Source: Ascoidea asiatica JCM 7603
Taxonomy: Eukaryota; Fungi; Ascomycota
Length of the DNA: 64,000 bases
Reading direction: 5' to 3'
NCBI GenBank assembly: GCA_001600695.1
Contig: BCKQ01000013.1
Location: forward strand, 126,045 to 190,044
Each line of letters opens with the position of its first letter. The first letter of the stretch is position 1. The notes beneath the pieces are model-generated. The model saw nothing but the letters and a program-made list of their open reading frames with translations. It was not told the origin of the DNA and did no database searches. Shown here in pieces: positions 1 to 11,014 of this stretch. A program made the position numbers and the translations under genes.

Positions 1-415
1 TCCAACACAAAATGAAGCTTTAACAATGATTTGTACACAAGTTTTTGGTAATAATCAAACAATTACATTTGCAGGAGCTTCTGGACAATTTGAATTAAAT
101 GTTTTTAAACCTGTAATGATTTTCAATTTATTAAATTCAATAAAATTATTATCTGATGGTTGTAAATCTTTTAGAATACATTGTGTTGATGGTATAAAAG
201 CAAATAAAGATAAAATTAATAAATTATTACATGAATCTTTAATGTTAGTTACAGCTTTAAATCCAAAAATTGGTTATGATAAAGCTTCAAAAGTTGCAAA
301 AAATGCTCATAAAAAGGGTATTACTTTAAAAGAATCTGTTTTAGAATTAGGTTATTTAAATGAAAAAGAATTTAATGAATGGGTTGTACCAGAAAATATG
401 ATTGGTCCAAAATAA
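1..415 (+). CDS. FUM1: Fumarate hydratase class II, C-terminal part (gene starts left of window)
   Basis: Frame is open from base 2 (PTQNEALTM...). Contains [38 protein letters not shown] and C-terminal [11 protein letters not shown], typical of fumarase C. Confidence 0.96.
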   Translation, partial: PTQNEALTMICTQVFGNNQTITFAGASGQFELNVFKPVMIFNLLNSIKLLSDGCKSFRIHCVDGIKANKDKINKLLHESLMLVTALNPKIGYDKASKVAKNAHKKGITLKESVLELGYLNEKEFNEWVVPENMIGPK

Positions 416-625
416 GTAATTTTTATATAATTTTTATATGATTTTTTATGTATATAGAATATGAATAGATTATGAAAGAAATAAGATTATAAATTAATAT
501 ATTAATTGGTATTTTTGTGTAAAAGAAAAAAAAAAAAAAGAAAGAAAAAAAAATGCATAAACAATGTAATTAACAAATAAATAATAAATAAATAACAAGA
601 GAATAACGTAAATTGAATAATTAAT

Positions 626-1777
626 TTAATTTATAAAGAATTTTTTTGAATCCCAGATATATAACATTTCATCCCAACCAGTTGTTGCAACCCAACCTGG
701 ATCACCCCAAAGAGACCAATCACAACCAAAAATAAATTCATTATGTTTATTAAAAATTGCTTTACAAGCAATTGAATGATTAATTTTATTTGCTAAATAA
801 TATGGTTTTTTTGAAATTAAATTATCTGTTGAATCATTCCAAATTCTTGAAGACATATCATATGAACATGATAATAAATAATTTGAATTATGAGGAGAAT
901 AATTAATTTTTCTTATTGCAAAATCATGACCAATTAATTGATTAATTGGAGATTGAATTTTTAAATTTGTTAACATTTTTAAATCCCAAATTTTAATAAT
1001 TTTATCAACACCTGCAGTTGCAAAAATTGTTGAATTATATTTATTCCAATCACAAGCTAAAGTTTCTTGATTTGAATTTGAAATAAAATCAAGTATTAAT
1101 GGATTTGAAGAACGTAAATCCCATAATTGTAAATGAGATGAAGCATTAACAGATATTAAAATATTTGGATTATGAGGAGAAAATTGAACTTGATATATAC
1201 AATCTTGAGTTGAAAGATTATTTGGATTACCTGGATTATTATTTGATTGTTTTATTAAAGGTACAGAAGATTGTTTTAAAATTTTATTATTATTAATATT
1301 AGATATAGGATTAGATAAAGTTGAAGAATGATCAATAGAATTTGAAAATAAAGTTAAAATACTTTTTTTATTATTTGGAGACCATAATTTTATTGAACCA
1401 TCCCAAGAAGAAGTTGCGAAATTAATTTTATTAATTAAATCTATTGAAATTGAATAAATTTCTCTTTTATGTTCATTCCAATTCATTATTGGAAATTGAT
1501 TAAAATTTAAATCAAATAATTTTATAGAACCATCACCAGAAACTGAATAAATTAAATTTTCATTAATTTCACTCCATGATAAATCATATAATGAATCTTG
1601 AGTTTGAAATGAATTAATAACTTTGATTTCACCATTATTTTGAATTTCTAATATGAATAATTTTCCATTTCCTAATAAACCATAATTTGCAGAAGTTGCA
1701 ACAGCTAGTTTATTATCAAAAAAAGGAGAGTATTTTGTAGCATAACCACTGAAACCAGTAGTCTTGAAAGATAACAT
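626..1777 (-). CDS. PEX7: Peroxisomal PTS2 receptor, WD40 protein (383 aa from ATG at 1777; the track's GTG start at 1786 is unlikely)
   Basis: N-terminal MLSFKTTGFSGYATKYSPFFDNKLAVATSANYGLLGNGKL, several WD repeats, and C-terminal GCDWSLWGDPGWVATTGWDE all match fungal Pex7. Confidence 0.95.
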   Translation of the reverse strand: MLSFKTTGFSGYATKYSPFFDNKLAVATSANYGLLGNGKLFILEIQNNGEIKVINSFQTQDSLYDLSWSEINENLIYSVSGDGSIKLFDLNFNQFPIMNWNEHKREIYSISIDLINKINFATSSWDGSIKLWSPNNKKSILTLFSNSIDHSSTLSNPISNINNNKILKQSSVPLIKQSNNNPGNPNNLSTQDCIYQVQFSPHNPNILISVNASSHLQLWDLRSSNPLILDFISNSNQETLACDWNKYNSTIFATAGVDKIIKIWDLKMLTNLKIQSPINQLIGHDFAIRKINYSPHNSNYLLSCSYDMSSRIWNDSTDNLISKKPYYLANKINHSIACKAIFNKHNEFIFGCDWSLWGDPGWVATTGWDEMLYIWDSKKFFIN

Positions 1778-2377
1778 TATGCACACTTCATATATATATG
1801 TATATCATCGACTGATCTATTCTTTATTGGGTCTCTTACTCTGTTGATCTCTTCGTCTTCTGCTCTTCTGACACCTTCTTTTTTTTTCTTTTCTTTTCTT
1901 CCTGCTTCAAATTCACACGCAGCAAACCCACCAAAAAAGAACTCGAAAAGCGAGATAAAAATCTGAGATTAGCAATTCACGGAAAAACACGCCACTGAAT
2001 TGGGGGATGAGCCACCAAACGGCTCGGCTGGTAGACAACAAAGTCCACTTCAAACAGGTATTAAAAACTAAATAATTTTATAATATATATATTTATATCC
2101 CAAATAGTCAGGTGGTGATTGTCTGGTGTTGCTGTCATGCTTCCTGGCGCAGTACGTGAGTGGCGGTTCTGCTTGTTTCGCATGCTTTGAAGTTTGCTTC
2201 TTTTTGGTTTAAATATATTTGAATTTGCTTCTTTTGAAGTTTTTAATTCTTTTGTTTCTTTATTTCTTTAATTCTTTTGTTTCTTCTTCAATCAATTGAA
2301 ATAATACAGTAAGATATATACATAGACAGATAGATTCATATATTCTATTACTTTTATATCCTTTTTATTCAATCAAA

Positions 2378-5353
2378 ATGGGAACTTATTCCAATCAATC
2401 TCAGTTAAAGACTTCTCAATCAAAGACTCCTCCAGCAAAACCACAAAAAACTCCATTAAATTCAAATAAATCAATATCCAATATATCAAATATATCTAAA
2501 ATATCTAAAATTTCAAATGATTTATTAAATCCTTCAATATCAAATAATAATTCTTTAAATTCAAATCTTTATCCAAAAGGTAAATGTAAATTACTTTGGA
2601 CAAAATCAAAAATTTATATTCATCCAACAAAAAATAAAATTGATAATATTTCTGGATTTTTATCATTAATTAAACCATATTCAAATTCAACAAATAATGA
2701 AATTATATTAACTTGGTTTCCTGAATCAATTTTATCAAATTCATTAAATTTAAATATCTTTAATTCTTGTGATTTATATAGTAATTCAATTAATGATATT
2801 TCCAATAATAATAATAACAATAAAGATAAAAAACAAACTTTTTTCATCAATAATTCTTTTATAAATAATTCAAGTCATTTAGGTTCTTATTCTTTTCAAA
2901 TTCAATTATCTAATATATTCTCAATTCAAATTAGAAAACCATCTTTAGGACTTTGGTATGGTTCAATAATTTTACATTTAAATTCAATTTTAAATCATAG
3001 TTCTGAAATTTTACCAATTTTATTTTTTCATGATAATGAATCAATATCTTATAAAAATGAACAAATTTCTAAAAATAAAAATTTTAATCCATTCTCAAAT
3101 TTAAATCAAGGTGATTTATTTTGGGGTGGTGAACAATTTTTAAAAATTTTAAAAAAATTTATATTAATTGAAAAATCAAATTTAGATAGTTCTTTTTATT
3201 TAATTAATCCAAATTTAGATGATTTAAATTATACAACTTTAAAAACAAATGATATTAATAATATTTCATTTTCTTCAAATAATGATAATAATTCAAATTC
3301 TTCACAATATGATTTAAATATATTATCTGAATTTCATCATAATAATAATAATAATAATAAATCCAAAAACAAGAATAATAATAATAATAATAACTTATTA
3401 AATATTAATAATGATAATAATAAAGAAATTTTAAATAATATTAAAAATTCAATAAATAATATTAATAATAATGTTAATATTAATAATGTTAATAAAATTA
3501 TTACAAATACAAAATGGTCAATTTTAGAATCTTTAGCAAAAATTTCAAGTTTAACAAAAAATAAATTAAATGAAAATCAATCAATTAAAAATTTATTAAT
3601 AAAACCAGAAGTTATAAAAATTAATGAAGAATTTGATTCTGCAAGAGTTTATTTAGCAAAATGGGCTTTATCAATTCAAGAACAAAGTGAAAGAAATAAA
3701 AAAGATTTAATTTTAAATGAAAATTTTAATAATTATTATAAAATTTTAATTAATAAAGAATTTAATGGAAATTTTTCAAATTTTAAAAATTTATCAATTG
3801 AAGAAATTTCAAAAATTTATAGAAGAAAAAAAATTTCAAAAATTGAATGGGAATCATTTTTTAATAATCAAGGAATTTTAATTTTAACAATTAATGAAAT
3901 TAAAGATAGAATTTTTCATGGATCTTTAGATAATGAAATTAGATCTCAAGCTTGGTTATTTTTATTAAATTTAACACCATGGGATTCTTCAACTTTTGAA
4001 AGAAATCAAATTATTAAAAGTTTAAGATCTGATTATGAATTTTATTTAAATAAATGGAAATTAAATTTAAATTTAAAGAAAAAAGATTCATTTTGGATTG
4101 ATCAAAAATTTAGAATTGAAAAAGATATAAATAGAACTGATCGTGATTTACCTTTATATAAAGATGAAGAACCTTTAGAAATTAATGAAGATAATGATGA
4201 AGATAATGATAATAATAATAATGATGAAGAATTTGAAAATAATAAATTAAATGTTAAAAATAAACATTTAAAAAATTTAAGAGAAATTTTAATTACATAT
4301 AATGAATTTAATCCAAATTTAGGTTATGTTCAAGGTATGAGTGATTTACTTTCACCATTATATTATATTTATGAAGATAATGCATTAGCATTTTGGTGTT
4401 TTGTAAAATTTAATGAAAGAATGGAAAGAAATTTTTTAAGAGATCAAAGTGGTATGAAAAATCAAATGTTAGTTTTAACAGAATTAGTTCAATTTATGTT
4501 ACCAGATTTATATCTTCATTTAGAAAAATGTGAATCAAATCAATTATTTTTTTTCTTTAGAATGTTATTAGTTTGGTTTAAAAGAGAATTTGAATTTAAT
4601 GATACATTAAAATTATGGGAAATATTTTGGACAAATTATTATTGTTCTGAATTTCATTTATTTTTTGCATTGGCAATATTATCAAAACATGAAATTTTAA
4701 TTAGAAGATATTTAACAAAATTTGATGAAGTTTTAAGATATATTAATGATTTATCATTAACTATGGATATTGATGATTTATTAATTAGAGCAGAATTATT
4801 ATTTTTAAGATTTAGAAGAATGATTGAAATTATTGATAGAGAAAATGATTTAAAAGAAAGACAAGAAAGACATAAGATTGAAATTGAATCTGAGTCAGAA
4901 AATGAAAATGAAAATGAAATTGAAATTGATAATGAAAGTGAGAATGATATTGGAGTTATTAAAGGTAATAAACAAAATCAAAGAATTCCAAAAGCAAATG
5001 CAAAAGCAAATACAAATTCAATTCTTAAATCAAGTGCAAGTGCAAATTCCAATGCAATTACAAATTCAAATACAACTATTAATACAACAATTAATACAAC
5101 TTCAAATTCTATTTCAAATTCTAATTCAATTATAACTGGAATTACCAAAACAAATACAAAAGTTTCAAATATTCATAGTAATAATAATCAAGGAGGTAAA
5201 GGAAATAATAAAGGTAAAGGAAAAGGTAATAATTTAAATAAAACTGAGAATATTAAAAATTATAAAATTTCAGATGAATTAAGAGCTTTATTAAGTAAAG
5301 AAATTCCAATACAAAAAGAAGTTGAAAGACAACCAGGAATGGGAGGAGGTTAA
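2378..5353 (+). CDS. GYP7: Rab (Ypt7) GTPase-activating protein, TBC domain
   Basis: N-terminal KLLWTKSKIYIHPT, EEFDSARVYLAKWA, TBC catalytic motifs IEKDINRTDR and YVQGMSDL, and MERNFLRDQSGM. Confidence 0.94.
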   Translation: MGTYSNQSQLKTSQSKTPPAKPQKTPLNSNKSISNISNISKISKISNDLLNPSISNNNSLNSNLYPKGKCKLLWTKSKIYIHPTKNKIDNISGFLSLIKPYSNSTNNEIILTWFPESILSNSLNLNIFNSCDLYSNSINDISNNNNNNKDKKQTFFINNSFINNSSHLGSYSFQIQLSNIFSIQIRKPSLGLWYGSIILHLNSILNHSSEILPILFFHDNESISYKNEQISKNKNFNPFSNLNQGDLFWGGEQFLKILKKFILIEKSNLDSSFYLINPNLDDLNYTTLKTNDINNISFSSNNDNNSNSSQYDLNILSEFHHNNNNNNKSKNKNNNNNNNLLNINNDNNKEILNNIKNSINNINNNVNINNVNKIITNTKWSILESLAKISSLTKNKLNENQSIKNLLIKPEVIKINEEFDSARVYLAKWALSIQEQSERNKKDLILNENFNNYYKILINKEFNGNFSNFKNLSIEEISKIYRRKKISKIEWESFFNNQGILILTINEIKDRIFHGSLDNEIRSQAWLFLLNLTPWDSSTFERNQIIKSLRSDYEFYLNKWKLNLNLKKKDSFWIDQKFRIEKDINRTDRDLPLYKDEEPLEINEDNDEDNDNNNNDEEFENNKLNVKNKHLKNLREILITYNEFNPNLGYVQGMSDLLSPLYYIYEDNALAFWCFVKFNERMERNFLRDQSGMKNQMLVLTELVQFMLPDLYLHLEKCESNQLFFFFRMLLVWFKREFEFNDTLKLWEIFWTNYYCSEFHLFFALAILSKHEILIRRYLTKFDEVLRYINDLSLTMDIDDLLIRAELLFLRFRRMIEIIDRENDLKERQERHKIEIESESENENENEIEIDNESENDIGVIKGNKQNQRIPKANAKANTNSILKSSASANSNAITNSNTTINTTINTTSNSISNSNSIITGITKTNTKVSNIHSNNNQGGKGNNKGKGKGNNLNKTENIKNYKISDELRALLSKEIPIQKEVERQPGMGGG

Positions 5354-5602
5354 TTAGTTGTTTATATTTTTATTCATATTTTCATTCATATTTTTATTCA
5401 TTCATTTTTATAATATTGTTATTTTTGTTATTTTTGTTATTTTATTTCTAATTGGTTTATTTAGTTCTTTTTTTTGTTATTATTTTATAAATTTAATTGT
5501 TTGTGTTATATATTGAAATTCATGAGTTTTTGTTATCATTAGTCTTGGTTATATTTTTATTTCATTCCTTATTTGTTTCTTTCTTTGTTTATGTTCTTCT
5601 TT

Positions 5603-5650
5603 GATTATGATTATGATAATGATTATGATAATGATTATGATTATGATTAT
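5603..5650. repeat. (GATTAT/GATAAT)n microsatellite
   Basis: Direct reading. Confidence 0.9.
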
Positions 5651-5768
5651 TATAATATTATCTAATAAATATTACTTCTTTTACAATAATTCTTTTTACT
5701 TCATTACTTGTTATTAACGTAATATATTGATATTGATAATTTAGTACCGGTAGTAGTTAATTTCAGCG

Positions 5769-5845
5769 TTACCCGTTTTCATCGACCTTTTTTCACCGTT
5801 TGTTTTGAAGATTGCGAAGAAATAAATTTGATTGAAAATTTTCAA
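5769..5845. promoter_or_regulatory. Reb1-type site and palindromic RRPE-like element upstream of TIM50
   Basis: TTACCCG at 5769-5775; TTGAAAATTTTCAA at 5832-5845. Confidence 0.5.
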
Positions 5846-5981
5846 GGGATGAAAAATTATGAAAGAAACGAAATAAAAGAGAATAAAGAACAGAGAATAA
5901 AGAGTAAGAAGAGTAGAGTAAGAAGAAGAAAAAAGTAAAGTAATAAAGAATTTAGAAGAAGGAAGTAGTTGTAGTTTTAAA

Positions 5982-7451
5982 ATGAGCTTATTTAGAACAT
6001 CATTGTTAATATCTAAAGGAATTAGAGTTGGTAATAATAATTTAAGATTATCATTAAATTTAAAAAATAATTCAAGAAATTATTTATTTAAAAGATATTT
6101 ATCTAATGAAGTGAATAAACCAGTTAGTAATAAAACTAATAAGAAAAGTGAGTCTATATTAAATGATGATTTATTAGCAAAAGTTGGATTTGATTTAAAA
6201 GATATTGAACAACATAAAGAAGAAATTAATAATAAAGAAGAAAATGAAGATGAAAAACCAAGAGAAAAAAGAGAAAGAAGAAGAAGAGTAACATCAATTG
6301 ATCGTAAAAGAGAAAGATGGGGAACATTATTTAATTTTTTTTTAATTGGAGGTACATTTATTGGTATTGGATATTTAAGTAGAAATTGGGAAGATGGTGA
6401 AGAAGAAAAAATTTTATTACCTGGAGAAAATTCAATTAAAAATGGATATGAAATAAATTTAATGTATTTAAGATTAAAAAGAAGACTTGAATCAATTTTT
6501 ACATTTTTTTCAGAACCTGTAACAAAAGAATTATTACCACCATTACCAAAAGAAGTTGAAAAATATGGTAGTAAATTAACATTAGTTTTAGGATTAGAAG
6601 ATTTATTAATTCATTCAGAATGGTCATCATCAAATGGATGGAAAACTGCAAAAAGACCAGGATTAGATTATTTTTTAAAATATTTATCAATGTATTATGA
6701 AATTATTATTTTTTCAAATAATTCACAAATGTTTAGTGAAACAACTATACAAAAATTAGATCCATATGGAGAAAGTATATCATTTCCATTATATAAAGAA
6801 AATACAAGATATATTGATGGTAAATTAATTAAAGATTTATCATTAATGAATAGAGATTTAGGTAAAATTATAATTATTGATACAAATAAAGATTGTATTG
6901 AATTACAACCTGATAATGGTATATTATTAAAACCATGGGATGGTAAATATGAAAAAAATAATAAATTAATTGAATTAATACCATTTTTAGAATATATTGC
7001 AGCTCATCCAAATATTAAAGATATTAGACCAATAATTAAAACATTTTCAAATAAATATGAAATTGGAAATGAATTTAATAAAAGATCAGAAATTTTAAGA
7101 AATAAAATGAAAATTGAAAAAAATGAACGTAAATTAAAAAATAATTTAAATTGGTCAAATAAATTTTTAGGTTTAAATCCATATAATAAAATTCAAGAAG
7201 AAGAAATTGGTAATAAAACAATTTTAGATTTAATTAGAGAAAATGGACAAGAAAATTATTTAAAATTATTAAAACAACAAGAAGAAAATAGAAAAATAAT
7301 TTTAAAAAAACAAAAAGAATTTGAAGAAGAAATGAATAAACAAAAATTAACAGTTGGTGGATTTATTGCAGGTGAAAGACCAAATTTTGAAGAATTAGAG
7401 AAAAAACAAATGGAAATTATGTCTTCAAATAATAATAATGATAGTAAATAA
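5982..7451 (+). CDS. TIM50: Mitochondrial inner-membrane translocase receptor
   Basis: Basic amphipathic presequence, single TM (LFNFFLIGGTFIGIGYL), and NIF/FCP1-like domain LTLVLGLEDLLIHSEW...GWKTAKRPGLDYFL...KDLSLMNRDL. Confidence 0.95.
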   Translation: MSLFRTSLLISKGIRVGNNNLRLSLNLKNNSRNYLFKRYLSNEVNKPVSNKTNKKSESILNDDLLAKVGFDLKDIEQHKEEINNKEENEDEKPREKRERRRRVTSIDRKRERWGTLFNFFLIGGTFIGIGYLSRNWEDGEEEKILLPGENSIKNGYEINLMYLRLKRRLESIFTFFSEPVTKELLPPLPKEVEKYGSKLTLVLGLEDLLIHSEWSSSNGWKTAKRPGLDYFLKYLSMYYEIIIFSNNSQMFSETTIQKLDPYGESISFPLYKENTRYIDGKLIKDLSLMNRDLGKIIIIDTNKDCIELQPDNGILLKPWDGKYEKNNKLIELIPFLEYIAAHPNIKDIRPIIKTFSNKYEIGNEFNKRSEILRNKMKIEKNERKLKNNLNWSNKFLGLNPYNKIQEEEIGNKTILDLIRENGQENYLKLLKQQEENRKIILKKQKEFEEEMNKQKLTVGGFIAGERPNFEELEKKQMEIMSSNNNNDSK

Positions 7452-7668
7452 TGAAATGAAATAAAATGAATTATTTTTAATTTTTAATTCAATCTGTATA
7501 TAATAAATGAAAGTACAATATCAATAGTTATAAACTAAGTAGATAATTAAGTTAAGTTAATAACTGTATAAGACCACGGAAAGGTATATGCCGCGGAAAT
7601 AAAAAAAAAAAATCAAAACCTGCGCACGGAATCGAAAAAATAAAAATTAAATCCGTGGGGCAAATTCA

Positions 7669-7798
7669 AGGACACAATCTAAGTAAATACAGGACACATT
7701 ATTATCCAGGACGCAGGACAATAGGACTGTTGCTTTTACAATCAGGGACAAGCATCAAATATAGGACCAGGACATATCTGGGAGCATCACGTGGTCCT
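7669..7798 (+). promoter_or_regulatory. Homotypic AGGAC cluster plus Cbf1-type TCACGTG upstream of MED3-like gene
   Basis: AGGAC at 7669, 7691, 7708, 7715, 7723, 7763 and 7769; GGGAC at 7745; reverse copy at 7794; TCACGTG at 7787-7793. Confidence 0.55.
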
Positions 7799-8120
7799 GC
7801 TACTTTCTCGCGGTGTTTTGCAGCAGGGAAATTTTGAATTGAATTTGAATTTTGCATTGCTTTTGGTTTTGGTGCTGCAGCAGGTTTTGGTGGGTTTGAA
7901 GCTGGTGCTGGTTCTGGCTCTGTTTTGCCACTCGCACCCGCTGGAAGAAGAGCAAAGACAAGAACAAGCACCAAAGCACTCAGAAACAAGCAGCAGCCAT
8001 TGTGTTTATATAAATAGTAATACTGATAGTAATACTAATAGTAATATAATATATAAACAATAGTATTTGATAATCTGATATTAGTTTAATCACTCCAATA
8101 TTAAAAGAAGATTAATCAAG

Positions 8121-8151
8121 AGAAGAAGAAGAAGAAGAAGAAGAAGAAGAA
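8121..8151. repeat. (GAA)n microsatellite
   Basis: Direct reading. Confidence 0.9.
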
Positions 8152-8615
8152 TCTTAATCAATTAGTTTATCTCTTCATTCTCATCTTATCCCCATTTAAT
8201 CTTCATATGATTCTCATTAATTCTCATTTATTATCATTTATTATCATTTATTATCATTATATACTTATCAAAAGTATTAATTACATTCATATTATTTATT
8301 CAAAAAGATAATAATAATCTTATTAAAAACATTAAAATTTCGAAAAAAATTAAATAAAAAAGAAAATAAATATTAAAAATTATATAAATATTAAAATCAA
8401 TTTCATCTCATTCTCATTTCATTCTCATTTCATTCTCATCTCATTTTCATCTCATTCTCATCTCATTTTATTACATTCAATTACTTTCATTCATATTTAA
8501 TCTATTAATTTTATAAAATTATCATATTTACTCCGTTAATACTCACATTCACCTATTCATTAACTAATTTATAAACCTATTTATAAACCTATTTATTTAT
8601 TTACTTTAATTCAAA

Positions 8616-9938
8616 ATGAATAATATATTACCAAATCAAAATATTAATCAAAATTTAAATTTAAATCCAAATCCAATTGAAATTATTAATAATTTAAATA
8701 CAAATTCATTTTCAAATTTATCTAATACTAATAATAATAATATTACAAATACTAATACAAATACTAATACTAATAATACTAATAATATCAATAACATCAA
8801 TAATATGAATCTGAATAATATTAGTCTGAGTAAATTAAATATGAACAACAATATCAACAACAATAATAGAATGATAAAAATTGATAATCTTAATGAAAAT
8901 TTACCTTTAAATATGTTAATCTCAAAACATAATCAATCTAATCAATCAATAAATACAAATAATAATCAACAAAGTAATCAACAAAGTACTAATACAATAA
9001 TTCCTACAAGTTCAACTTCTTTTAATAATCATTCTCTGAAATTTTTATTAAAAGATTTTAATCCAAATTCTTTAAATATTGATGATTCAATATCTCAATT
9101 AATTAATCTTAAAAATGATATAAGTATAATAAGAATTAAAATGTTAAATTTTTTTAAATTATTAGCAACTTTAAATCAAAATAATAATTATTATAATATT
9201 AATACATCAACAACAACTACTGATAATAATATTAATAATAATATCAATAATGAATCAACAATTTTTAAATTAGTTTCATATAATTTATTTAAATTAAGAA
9301 ATGATTTAAAAATTTATTTAAATAATTATAATAAATTAATACCTTTAATAGAATTATCAAAACAATATCAAGGTTTTACTCCATCTTCTTCTTTAAGATT
9401 TATTAATGTTTCTAATTCTTTATCAAATCTTTATTCAATTCAAAATCCAAATTTTAATTCAACTTTAATTAATAATTCAAATAAAAAATTATTAAATAAT
9501 AATGATGAATTTAGAAATTTAGTACTTTTAAATTCAACTCCAATTTCAATCTCAATTTTAAATAATAATAATAAAAATAAGAATAATGCCAATAATAATA
9601 ATAATAATAATACAACTAATAATAATAATAATAATAATAATAATACATCTCTAATTTCAAATACAAATACAAATACAAATACAAATACAAATACAAATAC
9701 AAATACTAATACAAATACAAATACAAATACTAATACAAATACTAATACAAATAATACATCTAATAATTTTTCAAATTTACCATCAAATAAAAAATCATCA
9801 AAAATTTCAAAACCTACAAAAAGATCAAAAAAATCAACTAATTCTCCTGCTTTAAATTCTATTTCAACACCAATAAGTGTAAATAATTCTCCAAATTTAA
9901 ATTATAATACAAATAATAATACTAATACAAATACTACA

Positions 9939-9978
<40 letters not shown>

Positions 9979-10145
9979 TTCAAATAAGTGCAAAAACTGG
10001 TAAACCAAAAAGACAATATAAGAAAAAATCAACTGCTCCGAGAAAAAGTTCAAAATCTCAAGTAAATTCAACCTCTGGAAGTCAAAATCAATCTATAAGT
10101 AATGTTAATACCCCTTTAATGAATCAATTACCAAATCAAAAATGA
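8616..10145 (+). CDS. MED3: Probable Mediator tail subunit Med3/Pgd1 with Asn/Thr-rich extensions
   Basis: The helical core SQLINLKNDISIIRIKMLNFFKLLATLNQ...KLRNDLKIYLNNYNKLIPLIEL resembles the Med3 N-terminal domain as recalled. A basic KPKRQYKKK patch lies in the low-complexity tail. Similarity judged by eye. Confidence 0.6.
9660..9750 (+). repeat. Coding (AATACA/AATACT)n hexamer encoding (Asn-Thr)n
   Basis: Direct reading within the MED3-like ORF. Confidence 0.9.
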
Positions 10146-11014
10146 TTATATAAAATTTTCCTTATATTATATTGTTAAAATTATTATCATTATTATCTTT
10201 ACTTATTGTAAATTTCAAACTTTTAAAATTACTAAATTTCAATTATTATTTAAACTTTTAATAATTAAAATCATATTCATTTTCATCAATTCATTCATCT
10301 CATTCTATGATTTTAACTCCTAAACTTTTTTCATAAATACACTTTTATGCTTTCATGTTTTGTTATTCTTCAATACTGTCTTCTTCTTATATTTTTTTTA
10401 TTCTTTACTTTCTCTTTTTTTTTTTTTTGTTTTTTCTTGCTATTCTTGATCAACTTACTTTTTAGTCAATTTTAAAATATTATTTTTCAAAATATAAAAA
10501 TTAAACTTTTATAATATGAAAATTTATTTATTATTTATCTTTAAAGATTTCTATGAAATTAAAAAATATCATTTTATTTCATTAATTATATAATTTATTG
10601 CTTTATTATTTTTTGTTCTCTTTTTCTATTCAAATTTTAAAATTATTTTGATAATATTTCAAAATACCTCATTCGCTTAAATCTTTTTGTATATTTACGT
10701 AATAAATCATTTCTTTTATTGTTTTTTGTTTTATTTATTAATATAAATTCTCTTCTACAGAAAACTTTTGAAATTTTTGAATTGTTTCTAGAAAAGAAGT
10801 TTTGTCGTTGAAAAAAAAAAAAATAAACAAGTTAAATAATTAACTACAATTGAATCATTGTTAAAAACTAAATATAAAAATATGTTGGTATTAAACAAAG
10901 CTGATAAAAAAAAAAATGAAACGTTTTGAAAGTATTAGATTATGTTAAAAAATCATTAAGGTAAATCAAAAAATTGGAGAAGAAAAAAGTAAAATCATTG
11001 AAACAAGGAATATA

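Noticed and set aside
7655-8063. Short ORFs, one resembling a signal peptide plus Pro/Ala-rich protein (7702-7989, minus)
   Set aside because: The starts are GTG/TTG with no suitably placed in-frame ATG, and they lie within a GC-rich promoter island.
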